Assembly: GCF_020745735.1 (NCBI RefSeq)
Contig: NC_083419.1
Coordinates: forward strand, 76,868,738-76,932,737
Direction: 5' to 3'
DNA from: Hemiscyllium ocellatum
Lineage: Eukaryota
DNA: 64,000 nt
This document shows positions 1 to 13,769 of this stretch, piece by piece. Each line of letters starts with the position of its first letter. The first letter of the stretch is position 1. The translations under genes and the position numbers were made by a program. The notes under the pieces were generated by a model. It made no database searches. It saw only the letters and a program-made list of their open reading frames with translations, and was not told the DNA's origin.

Positions 1-684
1 CAGACTGGAGGCCTGTGACCAGTGATGTGCCACAGGGATCAGTGCTAGATCCACTGCTTCTCATCATTTAAATGTGAGATTTGGATGTGAACATAGAAGG
101 TATATGTAGTAAATTTGCAGATGACACAAACGTTGTAGGTGTAATGGGCAGCAAAGAAGGTTACCCCAGAGCATAACGGGATCTTGATCAGATGGCCAAT
201 GGGCCAAAAGTTGGTGGATGGAATTTAATTTAGATAAATGCAAGGTGCTGCATTTTGGAAAGGCAAATCGGGGCTGGGCTTACACACTTCATGGTAATGT
301 CTTGGGGAGTATTGCTGATCAAAAAACCTTGGAGTTCACAGTTCTGTGGAAGTGGAGTCAGAGGAAGACAGCATAGGGAAGAAGGCATTGAGTATGATTC
401 CATTTGTTGGTCAGAGCATTGAGTATAGGAGGTGGGATGTCATGTTGCAGCTATACAGGGCACTGGTTAGGTCACTTTTGTAATATTGTGTGCAATTCTA
501 TTTTCCCTCCTAAATGAAGGAAACTGAAACTTGAAAGGGTTCAGAAAAGATTTCCAAGGATTGGAGCGTTTGATCGGCAAGGAAAGGCTGAAGAAGCTGC
601 TGCTGTTTTCCCTGGAGCATTGGTGGCTGAGGGGTGAACTTATCGAGGTTTGTAAAATCATGAGGGGCATGGATAAGTAAATAA
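1..684 (+). mobile_element. CR1/HER1-type LINE, degenerate RT fragment
   Basis: Degenerate GVPQGSVL, FADD and LERVQKRF-type RT motifs with stops and frameshifts. Confidence 0.85.
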
Positions 685-707
685 GGTTTTATTTGTTTAA
701 AGGCAAA

Positions 708-1240
708 TGTGACATTTATGTTCCAGGTGCGATGCAACTGGTTAAACAACTCTGCATTAAGCCAAACAGAATTTACTTAAACACTACGGTTGAAAAGCAA
801 ACAAAAGAAAGTGGCATTAAGAATAACTAAACGATTTGAAAGCATAAGTGACTCCTTGATACAGTAACTTCTTTATTTCCTGATCCAATGTTGTAACACT
901 TCATAAACACACTCCTTGGCAAAAAGGGAAATTCAAACTCGTATTCTTACAGGCGGAGGGAACAACATCCAGAGAAATCTCTGAATGCTCAGTTAGGAAT
1001 CATTTACTGAAGCTTGAAAACTTCTGATACTCAAAACATCTTGGGATTGTTGCAGCTAACCCAAAACTAGAAGAACCTGAACTGGAGAACTGGCCACTAC
1101 TTTTCCATTGTTAAACAGTTTATAAGAAAAACCTACAGCACTCTCGACTCTTTGGCACCTCTGCCTTTACAATCTTTCTTAAAAAAAACACAGACCAAAG
1201 TAACCATTTTAAAGTGACGGTATCCTCACACTACCACACA
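708..1240 (-). mobile_element. Putative LTR, possibly the 3' LTR of the Gmr1-like element
   Basis: TGTGA...TCACA terminal inverted repeat (708-712, 1226-1230), AATAAA on the minus strand near 872, and a purine tract at about 1241-1253 on the minus strand. No TSD found. Confidence 0.35.
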
Positions 1241-1254
1241 CCTCACTTCCCCTG

Positions 1255-1407
1255 NNNNNNNNNNNNNNNNNNNNNNNNNNNNNNNNNNNNNNNNNNNNNN
1301 NNNNNNNNNNNNNNNNNNNNNNNNNNNNNNNNNNNNNNNNNNNNNNNNNNNNNNNNNNNNNNNNNNNNNNNNNNNNNNNNNNNNNNNNNNNNNNNNNNNN
1401 NNNNNNN
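1255..1407. other. Assembly gap (153 N) next to a (CT)n/(CA)n microsatellite
   Basis: Run of N followed by CT/CA repeats to about 1460. Confidence 0.99.
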
Positions 1408-1467
1408 TCTCTCGATCTCTCTCTCTCTCGATTGCTCTCTCTCTCTCACACACACACAGTGAACTAT

Positions 1468-2815
1468 TATCTTTTATTCATTTTATGGGTTGTGGGTGTC
1501 GCTGGCTGGTCACCATTTCATGCCTGTCCCTAGTTCCCCTTGAGAAAGTCGGGGTGAGCTGCTGCCTTGAACTACTGTGGCCACCTGCGGTGGGTTAACC
1601 CGCAATGGCATTAGGGAGGGAATTCCAGGACTTTGACCAGTGACAGTGATGGAACGGCATTATATTTTCAAGTCAGGATGGTGCATGACTTGGAGGAGAA
1701 CTTGAAGGTAGTGCAGGTCCCTCACATCGGCTGCCCTTGCTCTTCTAGATGGAAGTGGTTGTGGGTTTGGACGGTGCTGTCTGAGAATCTTCGATGAATT
1801 TCTGCAGTGCATCTTGTAGATAGTAGCAGCAGTGTATACTGAGCATATGTGGGGGAGGGAGGAGACACTTGTGGATCTGGTGCCAATCAAGTGGGCTGTT
1901 TTTTCCTGGATGTTGTCCAACTTCTTGAGTGTTGATGGGGCTGCGCCCATACAGGCAATTTGCGAGTATTCCATCACACTTACAACTTGTACATTGTAGG
2001 CTGCAGTACTCCTACCTTCTGACCTGCAATTGTGGTAAGTGCAGTCGAGTTTCTGGTCAATGATAATCCGCAGGATGTTGATATTATGAGATTCAGTAAT
2101 GGTAATGCCATTGAAAGCCAAGTGGCAGTGGTTGGATTGTCTTTTCTTTTTGATGGAAACGTTACTTGCCACTTGTCAGCCCACGCCTTGGTATTGTCCA
2201 GATCTTGTAGCATTTGAACATGGACATCAGAATCTGAGAAGTCGTGAATGGTGCTGAACAGAGTGCAACCATCGGCTAACATCCCCATTTCTGACCTTGT
2301 GATAGAGGGGAAGGTCATTGATGAAGCAGCTGAATATGGTCGGGCCGAGGACACTACCCTGAGGGACTCCTGCAGAGATGTTCTGGCCCTGAGTTGAATG
2401 ACCTCCAACAATCACGGAAACGTTGATTCTCCTGCTCCTTGCATGCTGCCTGAACTGCGGCGCTTTCCCAGCCACACATTTTCAGCTGATGAATCCACCC
2501 ATCAGAGAGTCTGCACCCATTGACTCCAGTTTTCCGATGGTTCCTTGAAGCCACATTCAATTGAGGGCAGCCTTGGTGTCAAGGACTGTCTCTCTCACCT
2601 TACCTCAAGCATCCAGCTGTTTTGTCCACATTTGGATCAAGGCTGTAATGCGTTCAGGAGATGACTGGCCCTGGCAGAACCCAAGCTGGGGGTCACTGAG
2701 CAGCTTACTGCTGAGCAAGTGCTGCTTTATAGCACTGTTCATGACACTTGCCACCACTTTACTGATGATCACGAATAGACTGATGGGGAGTTAACTGGCT
2801 GGGTGGAATTTGTCC
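1468..2815 (-). mobile_element. CR1/L2-group LINE 3' fragment (RT C-terminus and 3' UTR)
   Basis: Minus-strand GVPQGSVLGPTIFSCFINDLP and MEYSQIACMGAAPSTLKKLDNIQ; A-rich 3' tail at about 1470. Confidence 0.85.
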
Positions 2816-2869
2816 TTTTTTATGTACAGGATATCCCTGGGCATGTTTCCACATTGTTGGTTAGATACC

Positions 2870-5860
2870 AGTTTTGTTATTGTACTGCAACATTAATAAG
2901 AGACAAAGATGATTTCATTTCAAAGGCCTTAGTCAAAATCTATTATTACGTGACAATACACTCTCATTGCATCAACTGCAACCATGCATTACTGCATTCT
3001 GTTTCTGTCTATTTACTCCTGCAACCAAATCCTTCCATCTTACATCATCCACGCTGTGACAACACATCAACAAATACGTTTATTCATGCTGTCACGTGCA
3101 CACTTTTCAAATTGAACGGCTGCAGTAATAAGCTCCAAGTAAACCATCTAGTACAGCCCTTACATTTCTACAAAAGGTTTAATGGCTTATGATCAGGACA
3201 TGTAGTTGTCCAAGACTCATTACTGACAACATAAATATTGGAACACCAAGCTCAAGGTCTGCTTCTCAATCGTGGAATATTTCTGATGAATATTCAGTTT
3301 CCTGAAGAAAGAACACATGGGGCTTCCTATCTTCCGCATCGTCATCTTGTAAAAATACAGCACCGGTATTCACATCACTCACAACAATAGCCATCTCGAG
3401 TAGCTTTGTGTAATTAGGGGGCAGTGTCTAACATAGCTTTCTGGCTGGGAAATGCTGTCTGACATTCTTCTGTCCACTAAAATATCCAGCATTTCTTCAA
3501 TTAGTCAGTCAGTGAAGCAACCACACGACTACCAGTTGGTACAAACTTCTGGTAAACCTGTTCACTGCCAGGAATCATATTCCTCCTGTCTTTGTCAATG
3601 TTATGGTCCGGGCCATCTGTCCATGCCTGACAACTTGGCCGAGGGGCATGACTCAGACTTTGGCTAATTCACACTTAGCCGGGTTTATCATCAGCCTGCC
3701 TTCCCAAACTCAATTGAATAGTTCCAGTAAATGCTGCAAATATTCCTTCCGTGAGTGACTAAAAGATCACCAGGTTGTCGATGTACACATTACAATTGTA
3801 TAACCCAGAAATGCCTTTATTATTTAGCCTTTGAAATGTGGCTGGCACATTTTCCATACCAACTGGCATGACTTTAAGTTGGTAAAGTCTATTCAGTGTA
3901 ACAAAAGCCGAAATAGTCTTCGCTCCTTCGGATAAAGGTACCTGCCAGTATCCTCTGAGCATGTCCAAATTAAAAATCTAAGTTGCTTGTCTTACCATTT
4001 CAATACAGTCTTCCCAATGTGGAATCGGATATGAATCATACTCTGCAACCGCAGTAACTTTGCAACAGTCTGCACACAATCATCCGGCTTTGGCACCATT
4101 ACTATGGCTGAGCTCCAGTTGCTGCAACTCACTTTGATGTTATTTTTGGAACATGCGTTCAGTCTGTCCTGAAACATAAGACAATTTTCTTTGTCTAAAA
4201 TGATATTGCTTAATTGGAGACAACTCCCTCATTCAATTTAATCATTCCCTAAAGTTTGATACACAGTTTAAGTATGAGGTCGCTGAACTCTGACTCACTA
4301 ATTGCTCCTTATTTAATTTCAGCGGTCCTCTCAGCTCATACCCCAACACTCATTCAAATGGACTAAATGTGATAGGTTCATGTAGTGCATCTGGTAAGAT
4401 GTACAAATGGAATACTTTTATCCAGTCGTTTGAATTGTCTTGATGATAAGCCCTCAATCTGGTCTTCTCTAAGCTCATTAATGGTGTTTGAAGTTTGACC
4501 CCACCTTTCTAACTCTCCCTTGCCATCCTTGTTGGTAAGCAATGGGTAAGCTACCCGTAACTTCCATGCTTAAATTAGATGTAAAATTTGACCCTTGTAT
4601 TGTACCTCTGTGGGTGGTCATTTTTGAGATAAACATTGGGGTTAACTCTTCTACAATCCTTCTAGCAGTGGTATTACACAAATAGAATGACCTCAGGATA
4701 TCGAATTGACTTATCTATTATAGTTAACAAGTACTGATTCCCACTTTTTGTTTTGTCTAGGGGTCCTACTCAATCAAGGAAGACCCTTGTAAAAGCCTTC
4801 TGAAATGCAGGGATGGGTATGAAAGATGCTGGTAATATTATTGCCTTAGATTTTCCGGTTGCATGACATGTATGACAGTTCTGGCAATTTTCATCTCCAC
4901 CTTTATACAGTCCTGGCCAGTCAAAATGTTTGTGTATTTTAGCTGAGTTATTCTCACTCCCACAATGACCCACAGGTGGTTCATGTGCTACCTGCCAGAC
5001 CTCCTTCTTATATGACCCTGATAATGAATTTCTCCCACTTTCCCATCTGCCTAAATGTCTCATCAAGACATCATTTTAAAGTTAGTAACGTTTGGGAATG
5101 AGCTCACATTCTTCTTCTGCGTTCTCTTTTCAATATAATTGCTTCAGTTTTTCATCTTTCTGTTGTAACTGAGTTAATTTCTCCGAATTAAAAATGTCCA
5201 TTAGTTCTCCACCTGTTCTTGTTTTGTCTGAACCATTCAATCAAATATGGTCTCTGATAATTCTGTTTTAACTATTCGTGGGCGGCACGGTGGCACAGTG
5301 GTTAGCACTGCTGCCTCACAGCGCCAGAGACCCGGGTTCAATTTCCGCCTCAGGCGACTGACTGTGTGGAGTTTGCGTGTTCTCCCCGTGGATTTCCTCC
5401 GGGTGCTCCGGTTTCCTCCCACAGTCCAAAGATGTGCGGGTCAGGTGAATTGGCCATGTAGTTGCCTGTAGTGTTAGGTAAGGTGTAAATGCAGAGGTAT
5501 GGGTGGGTTGCGTTTCGGCGGGTCGCCGTGAACTTGTTGGGCCGAAGGTCCTGTTTCCATACTGTAAGTAATCTAATCTAAAAAAACTTGTTTATCTGTA
5601 CTCTTTGTTTTCTTCTTCTGTGTTAACTGGTGACCTCGTTATCAATCTGTTAGCGTTCTCCAATTCTTCCATGATATAAATAACAAAGGTGTTCATTGTA
5701 TTTATTTGGAACATGAGATAATCCATTCACAAATATGTTGAATTATTGCGCTCTATTAGAATGATAACTAAGTTGTTGATTTTCACTGCCCAATTCCAAC
5801 AGCAGACTTTATCCCAACAATAGTCTTAACTTCTGACTGAGAATTCGGTATTTTGGTCAA
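2870..5860 (-). mobile_element. Gypsy-superfamily LTR retrotransposon internal remnant with Gmr1-like order INT-RT-RNaseH
   Basis: On the minus strand: integrase HHCC (HEPPVGH...CQNCHTC, 4770-5066), QGSNFTS core, FSPFE.VLGYELRGPL, then RT (RGYWQVPL...PATFQR...YIDNL, 3759-3968), then RNaseH toward about 3050. Confidence 0.85.
5280..5580 (+). mobile_element. HE1-type tRNA-derived SINE, full length, inserted in the Gypsy remnant
   Basis: A box GGCACAGTGGTTAGC, B box GGGTTCAATTTCC, 3' end GGGCCGAAGG.CCTGTTTCC with an (AATCT)n tail. Confidence 0.9.
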
Positions 5861-6689
5861 GACACTCCATGAACGGCTTATGCCTGAAACGTTCACTCTT
5901 TTCTTTGGGTATACTGCCTCACCCGCTGTGCTTTTCCAGCACCACATTTTTTTTTACTCTGATCTGCAGTACTCTCTTTCTCCTTTTCCCTCGGTTGTCT
6001 TTTCTGGAATAATCTGAGATATACAGATGCCCTTGCAAGGAGTTTTGTGGTCCTGGAACATGAAGAGGGAGGAATAAAAAAACTGTTGTATGGAGACTTA
6101 CAGGGATTGTTGGGTTTAATTGAGAGGTGGGCGAGGGTATCCCAGTTGGAACGCTGAATTTGGAAATGACATGATAAATTCTTGAATTCTGTGTCCTCTC
6201 AAATAGAGAGTCCCTAAATCATCTAACAAGTGTGTCTTGGGCATGTCGACATAATGTAAACATGTGACTTGTGAATTTACTTCCTGCATGGTGAGATTCT
6301 CACAGCCAGGCAGCTAGTGATGGTCCAAAGGTTCTGCTTCAGGAACGCTGAAGAATGGTATGAAAGCCCTAAAAATCGACTATACATGGATAGCCTCCCT
6401 ATTGGCTAAGAGAAATTAATGGGAGATTTCCATTGGTTTGACGTGAGCTATCAGATGACCAGACATCACCTTAGACACTAAAACTAAAGGAAATAACTCA
6501 TAAGGACACTCTGTAATTGTTAGTGATAAATCAGTCGTAAAAGCTGTCTGTTATGATTTAGTCTCTTCTTCAAGCAGGAAAGTTACATTGCATGGAAGCA
6601 CACAATCTGAAATACATTAGAACACGTTCCAGCAACTGGAGCATGCTGGTGGCCTCTGACAAAGAAAGTAGCTTCAATGAAATGTGATG

Positions 6690-6950
6690 TGCTTCATATT
6701 GCCACAGACACGGAAATGTACATCCACGCTCACATATACACACACAGACACTGACACAAATATACACTTACACCTACCCAGAGACAGACACAGAGCCATG
6801 GATATGCACAGTCACAGACACACACACAGACACATAGTGACACACACACAGACACACACAGACACAGGCACTCACACACAGACACACGGACGCACGCACA
6901 AATACACATGCGCGCAAACACAAATACAGATACACACACAAGCAATCACA
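6690..6950. repeat. CA-rich low-complexity / microsatellite tract
   Basis: Interrupted (CA)n and (CAGA)n; explains several spurious ORFs in the track. Confidence 0.9.
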
Positions 6951-7154
6951 GAACAAAATGACAGCTTGTGTTAAGAGTGACTGCATTTCAACCATCACAT
7001 CTTGACTCTTGAGAGGAGCTGCGTCATTGAAATTTGAGAGGTTACGTCTCCACATTATTTTCGGATGGGATGTTGAGTGATATTTTGAGATAAATGGGAA
7101 AGCACGAATAATGTCAACTGTTTTCTCAGGGAAATATCCTCTTTAACATTGAAT

Positions 7155-10100
7155 ATAGGAGCAGGAGGAGGCCATTCAGCCCTTGGAACCTGTTCTACCA
7201 TTCATCATGATCATGGCTCATCATCCAGCTCAATAGCCTCGTCCTGTTAACTCCCCATTACCTTTGATCCTATTTGTGCTAAATGCTACATCTAGCCACG
7301 TCTTCAATACATTCAATGCTTTGGCATCAACTAATTCTAAAGGCTCATCACTCATTGGGTGGAGAAAAGTATCCTCATCTCCACCTTATATGATCCACCC
7401 CGAATCTTCAGTCTGTGTCCCCTGATTCTGGACACCCCCACCATCAGGAGCATCCTCCCTGTATCTACCCTGTCTCGTCCTGTGAGAATTAGATCCCCTC
7501 CCATTCGTTTAAACTCCAGCCAAAACAATCCTAACCTAGACAACTTGTCCTCATACGTTAGTTCCACCATCCTCGGAATCAGTCAGTTAAACCTGCGTTG
7601 CACTCCCTCCAGAGCAAGAGCAGAACTGAAAAATGTGTTGCTGGAAAAGCGCAGCAGGTCAGGCAGCATCCAATGAGCAGGAGAATCTATGTTTCTGGCA
7701 CAAACCCTTCTTCAGTCACATGCTTCCTGAAGAAGGGCTTATGCCCGAAACGTCGATTCTCCTGCTTCTTGGATGCTGCCTGACCTGCTGCGCTTTTCCA
7801 GCAACATATTTTTCAGCTCTGATCTCCAGCATCTGCAGTCCTCATTTTCTTCCAGAGTAAGAGTAACCTTCCTCAGAAAAAGATACCAAAACTGCAGACA
7901 GTGTTTGTGGTGTAGCGTCACCAAAGCTCTGTATAACTGTAACAACACATCCCTGCTCCTGTACTTGAAATATATCACAATTAAGGTCAATATGCAGTTG
8001 CCTTCTTTAATGCCTGCTGCAACTGCATGCTTACCTTCAACGACTGGTGCACAAGGACATGTAGGCCCTGCAGCACACTCCCCTCTCCCAATTCACAGCC
8101 AGTCAGGTAATAATCTACCACCTTGCTTTTGTTTCCAAAGTGAATAACCTTTATCCAAAATAAACTGCATCTCCCATTGATTGGCAGGCTCACCCAATCT
8201 GTCCACATCATGCCATAGTATCTCTGCCTATTCGTCACAGTCCACCCTCCCACCCAACTTGGTATCATCTGCAAGCCTTGAGATATTACATTTTATTCCT
8301 TCATCCAAATCATTAATATATATTGTTAATAGCTGGGGTGTCTGTGGCATCTCACTCGTTACTGTCTTCGAATTTGAAACGGAACTCTTTTAACCTACTC
8401 TGTTTCCTCTCTGCCAATCAGTTTTCTATTTATCTCAGTTTAATATTGCACAGTGATCTCTTAAATGGGGCATTGTCAAACACTTTCAGCAAGTACAAAT
8501 ATACCATATTGACTAGTTCAGCTTTGTCAACTCTGATAGTTAAGTTTTCACAGAATTCTGATAGATTTGACAAGCATGATTTCCTCTCCATAAATCCATG
8601 CTAACTCTGTTTGATCCTGACACGGCTTTCTAAATGGTCTACCATAAAGTACTTGATAAAGGATTTGAGAATTTTCCCCACTAACCGATCTGAATCTTAC
8701 TGGTCTATTGTCTGGTTTCTCTGTACCTCTCTTTCTGAGTGTTGGAGTGCCAATAGCTGCCCTCCAATCTGCAGGGACTGTACCATAATCTAAAGGATCC
8801 TGACAACCAACGCAGCCACTATTTCTAGAACCACTTCCTTAAGTACTCTGGGATACAGGTTTATCAGGTCCTGAGGATTTATCGGGTTCCATCCCCTCAA
8901 TTTCCCAGCACCATTTCTTTACTAATATTGACCTCCCTCAGTTATTCCCTCTCACTAAATTTTGCATTCCCCAGAATTTCTGGTGCTTGATTTGTGTCTT
9001 CGAGTGAGAGAGTCCTGCAGCACAGAGACAGGTCGTTTTGTCCAAACTCTTCCATACTGACCAAAACGCCCACCCATACTAACCCCATTTCCTTGCATTT
9101 GGTCCACATCCATCTTACCCTTTCCTATCCATATATTTGTCAAAATGTCTTGAAATGTTGTAAACGTACCCACCTGAACCACTTCCGCTGGCAGCTCCTT
9201 TCGTGTACGTACCAGCCTCTGTGTGAAAAAAATGTCCCTCAGGTGTTCTTTTATACTGTTCCCCCCTAAACTTAAACAAATGACATGTAATCCTCTATTC
9301 CTTGATCCTGATTCTCATGATTTTGTACAGTTGTCTAAGATCCCATCTTCTCAGTCTCCTAGGCTGCCGAGAAAACAGGTTCTAGCTTGCTCAGCCTCTC
9401 CTTATAACTAAGCTCATTGAGTCCTCGTAACATCCTGATAAATTTCTTCTGCACTCTTTCCAGTTTAATAACATCCTTCCTCACGCAAGGCGACCAAAAC
9501 TCCTTGCATGAGGAGGTGACAAGGTGACATGCTCCAACTGCAGCCTCACCAACCTCCTGTTCAACTGTCCTTTTTTTGTGAAGACAGAACAATAGTATGT
9601 ATTCAGTTGCTCAGCTGTTTCTTTTTCCTTTGTTTTTCATTTCCCGATTTTCATCTGTAGCGACCTACATTTGTCTTCACCAAATACTTTCTCTTCACGT
9701 ACTGTAGAACCTTGTAGCCTCAGTCTTCATGTTCCCTGCAAGTTTACTTTCTTTTGTACTGTGCTTTCCTCATCTTAATCAATCCCTTCGTCCTTCTTTG
9801 CTGAATTCGAAACTGCTCTCAAACATCTGACCTATTATTTTTCTTGGTCAATCTCTATGCTTCTTCCTTCAATTGGAGACGATGTAATTTCCTTTATAAG
9901 CCATGGCTTCGCACTGTTACCCATTTTGCTTTTGTGCCAGACAGGAATAAATAGTTGTTGCAGTTACCCAATGATTTCCTTGCATATTTGTCAATGCCCA
10001 TCTACTGTCACACATTTAAGCAACTTCCACTAATCTATCAACGCCAACTGATGCTTTATATTTCGTCATAGTTTCCTTTATTAAAATTCAGCATCCTAGT

Positions 10101-10440
10101 CTCCAAATCATCTGGCTCACTTTCCATCTTGATAAAAAAAAGTTGTATCTTGTCATGGTCACTCATCCCTAAGGGGTCTCACGCAGCGAGTTTGGTAATG
10201 TGTCCCTTCTAATTACACAGTGCCCAATCTAAGATGGCGAACTCTTAGTTGGTTCATTCACATGTTGGTTAAGGAAGCCATCCCATATGTACTCAAGGAA
10301 TTCTCCCTCTTAGACATTGTGGCTAATTTGATTTGTCCAATCTAGGTGCTGATTAAAATCAGCCATGATCACCGATGTCTCCATATCACATGCTTGGCTA
10401 ATTCCCTATTTAATACTATTCCAACGTGACCACTGCAGTC
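7155..10440 (-). mobile_element. Cluster of degenerate CR1 LINE fragments (3' ends, RT, endonuclease)
   Basis: Minus-strand peptides such as YEDKLSRLGLFWLEFKRMGGDLI, LYRALVTLH and KDVIKLERVQKKFIRML. Confidence 0.8.
7619..7850. mobile_element. Penelope-derived inverted-repeat (hairpin) element with a hammerhead-like motif
   Basis: The arm CTGAAAAATGTGTTGCTGGAAAAGCGCAGCAGGTCAGGCAGCATCC is mirrored by its reverse complement; CTGAAGAAGGGCTTATGCCCGAAACGTC at 7727-7754. Confidence 0.75.
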
Positions 10441-10889
10441 TGGCCGGCTTTGTATGATACCCACTAATGTTTTTTTGTCCCTTGGTATTTCACAGCTCCA
10501 TCCATACAGACTCCACATTGTCGAAAGTAATGTCCTAAAAAGAGGTGAACACAAGTACGTGACAATGAATTGAGATAGTTTTGCTCAAATATGATTGGTT
10601 TGATTTTAATTAGACTTTCAATGAGTTGCTTAGTAAAATCTGGGACCGCCAACTGAAGGTGATGAGCTGGAACATTTGTGGAATTGCTTTCTCTGTAGAT
10701 GAACATCAGATACATTTTGTTGACATTTTCACAGTAGATGCAATGACAGTGCTCCTCCAGCAGGTGAAAGTGAGGGTTCATAGTCGATCCTTCAACCAAC
10801 ACCTTCACTGAAAAAATGTTAAGCCACAAAAAAGATTGACTGAGGCTACTTAGTGTAACATCATTTATTGAAAAAAAAAATGGTGGAGT

Positions 10890-13360
10890 CTTTAAAAAAG
10901 GATGTTACAGCAGAACACTGTGAATGGCGTTACAAGATGGAAGTCTTGCCTGATAAAAGTATTAGAATTCTTTGAGAAAATGGAGGAAACCGTGATTGTA
11001 ATATGTTTTGATTTTCTGAAGGTGTTTGATAGCACCCATGCATAAGATTACTGAATAAGATTGGAGCCTTGGCTTTTGAGGTACTGCATTAAGATGGAGA
11101 GGTGCTTTTTGAAATCCCAATCAGAAAAGTTTGATTAAGAGTTTTATTTTACAGGATGTCAATCTGTGGAGTACCACATAAATCAGTTCTGGGGACACCA
11201 AAATTTACAAAATATTTTGATGACTTAGATAAGGAAAGTGAATATATTGTAGGCAAGTTTGCGAATGACACAAAAATTGGAGCGGAGGCAAGTGGTGAGT
11301 ATGACACAAAAAGATGCTTGTGGAGGGATACAGATAGGACAAAAGACCGAACAAGAAACTTTGCATAATAATATAATGTGGATGAAATAAATGAGAACAG
11401 ACGTAAACAGTGAAGTTTTGCATTTTAACAGGCAAGACAGAGATTGAATTCAGAAATCTACAGGGAATCTGCATCTCCGAACCACAAAAGGTTAGCTTTC
11501 AATTTCAACTGTCAGTAAGGATGGCAAATGTCATGTTGGGGTTTGTTTGAAAACTAATTATGTCTTGAGATTAGGAACAGTCAGATAGAGCAGCGAATGT
11601 GTGGCTGAGGAGCTGCTGCAGGGGTTAGAAGTCCCATTGTTCAAATATTGGGATTTCTTCAGGAATAGAAATGACCTGTATAAGAGGGAACTGAATTGGA
11701 AGGGGACCGATATTTTTGTGGGGAAATTTGCTAGCAGTATAATGAAGGTTTTAAACTAGCAAGGGGAATGGTGGGAACCAACAAGATAGTGAGAAAAGAG
11801 AAAATTGTGAGGTGAGATACGGTGAGCAATTCTAGGAGTCAAGGCAGACAGCAGTTTGGCAAGAGCGAGGTAAGACTGTTAAACTGCAATTTAATTCGAT
11901 GCAAGAGGCCTGACATGTGAGCCAGATGAACATAAGGCATAGATGGGAATGTGGGACATGGATATTTTTACCATTACAGAAAGTGGCTCAGGGATGAACA
12001 GGACTGGCAGCTTAATGTTCCAGGATATAGATCCCATAGAATGCACAGACAGAGGAGCAAGAGAGGAGTGGTGTTTTTGGTTAGACAGAACAATACAGCT
12101 GGATGCAGAGAGGATATTTCTTGGAGGCTGCCCAGTGAAATGATATGGATGAAACTTAAAAATAAGAAAGAAGTGATCATCTTGTTGAGATTGTAAAATG
12201 GGCCTCGTAATAGTCAGTGAGAACTTCACAAGCGAATATGAAAGGAGGTCTCTGCTATCTGTCAGAAAAAAGAATGATGATAGGGAATTTTAACTTCCCA
12301 AACACAGTTTGGGATAGTGTTAACATTTTCGAATGTAGAGAAATTGGTTAAGTATGTACAAGAAAACTTTATTATTCAATTTGTGGATGTACCTACTAGA
12401 GAGTGTGCACTACTTGACCTTCTGTTGGGAACCAGGGCAGGGCAAGTGACTGAGGTGTCCATAGCGCACGCTTCAGGGAAAGTGTTCATAATTCTATTGT
12501 TTTAATAATAATGATAAGAAAGGATAGAATTGATTTAAAAACTGAATGTCACAAATTGGAATGTGGCTAGTTTCGATGGTATTAAACTTTGAGAAGTTAG
12601 TTTGGGGAGGTTATTCACAGGTAAAGGGACGTTTGACAAGTGGGAGGCCTTCAGGAATGAGACAATGAGAGCTCAGTGATGGCATGTTCCTGTTTGTGTG
12701 AAAGACAAGTGAAATGCTTGATGATGAGTGAAATTGTAACTCCTGCCCAGAAAAAGAAGGGACGGGGTGGGTGTGGATTCATCAGGTATAGACAATTGGG
12801 AATTGAGTGAATCCTGAGAATGGTATAAGGACAGTCAGAGTAGACTTAAACAAGAAATCATGAGGGGAAAAGGAGGATATTAAATTGCTTTGGCAAATAG
12901 AGTTAAGGAGAATCCGAAAAAATTCTAAAATTATTTTAAGGTCAAAAGAATAATTAAGGAGAGAACACAGCCCTTAAATATCAACATGGCATTCCATGCA
13001 AGGAACCACAGGAGATGGCTAAGACACGAAGCAAATATTTTGTATCAATTTTTACAGTCGACAGGAGAATGGAAGCTAAGGAACTTGGAAAATAAAGCAT
13101 GTGATCTTAAAATGAGTTCATCTTACAGAAGAGGAGGTGTTGGAGGTCTTAAAGTATACAAATGGAAACAAATCCTGGAGATCGGATTAGGTATTCTCAG
13201 AACTTTGTAGGAAGCTAGGGAAGAGATTCGTGGACCCCTTGCTGAGATATTTGTATCGTTGATAATCATAGATGAGATGCCAGAAAACTGGAGAGTGACT
13301 AATATGGCAGCATTATTGAAGAAAGTTGTATGGAAAAGCCGGGGAACCATAAACTGGTGA
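10890..13360 (+). mobile_element. Degenerate CR1 LINE pieces: RT fragment, then ORF1 end and ORF2 endonuclease
   Basis: GVPHKSVLG/FANDTK remnant near 11160-11280; WDMDIFTITESG endonuclease remnant at 11943-12143. Confidence 0.75.
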
Positions 13361-13446
13361 GCATTTCACGCCAGAGATGCTGCCAGACGTTCTCAGCATT
13401 TCCAGCAGTTTCTGCTTTTGTTTCTGACACACAGCATCTTTCAGAC

Positions 13447-13758
13447 TTTAGATTATTTGACTTACAGCGTGGAAACAGGCGCTTCGGCCCAACAAATCCA
13501 CACCGACCCGCCGAAGCGCAACCCACCCATACCCCTACATTTACCCCTACCTAACACTACGGGCAATTTAGCATGGCCAATTCACCTAACCCGCACATCT
13601 TTTGGACTGTGGGAGGAAACCGGAGCACCCGGAGGAAACCCACGCAGACACGGGGAGAACGTGCAAACTCCACACAGACAGTCGTCTATTTAGTAGTCAG
13701 AGAGCATTAGCTTTTGGATTGCAGGCCTGTTAGAACATAACAACATCCAAACATGAGA
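13447..13758 (-). mobile_element. HE1-type SINE variant with a 71-nt insert, 5'-truncated
   Basis: SINE body 13447-13687 followed by an insert (13688-13758) identical to 29795-29865. Confidence 0.85.
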
Positions 13759-13769
13759 GATACGATCAG

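Noticed and set aside
1214-1462. ORFs spanning the N run
   Set aside because: Produced by the assembly gap.
5280-5360. tRNA genes at the SINE 5' ends
   Set aside because: The A and B boxes continue into the SINE body and LINE-like tail; these are tRNA-derived SINE heads, not tRNA genes.
6570-7055. Cys/Val-rich or His/Thr-rich ORFs here and at 49542-50400
   Set aside because: Artefacts of CA/TG low-complexity sequence.
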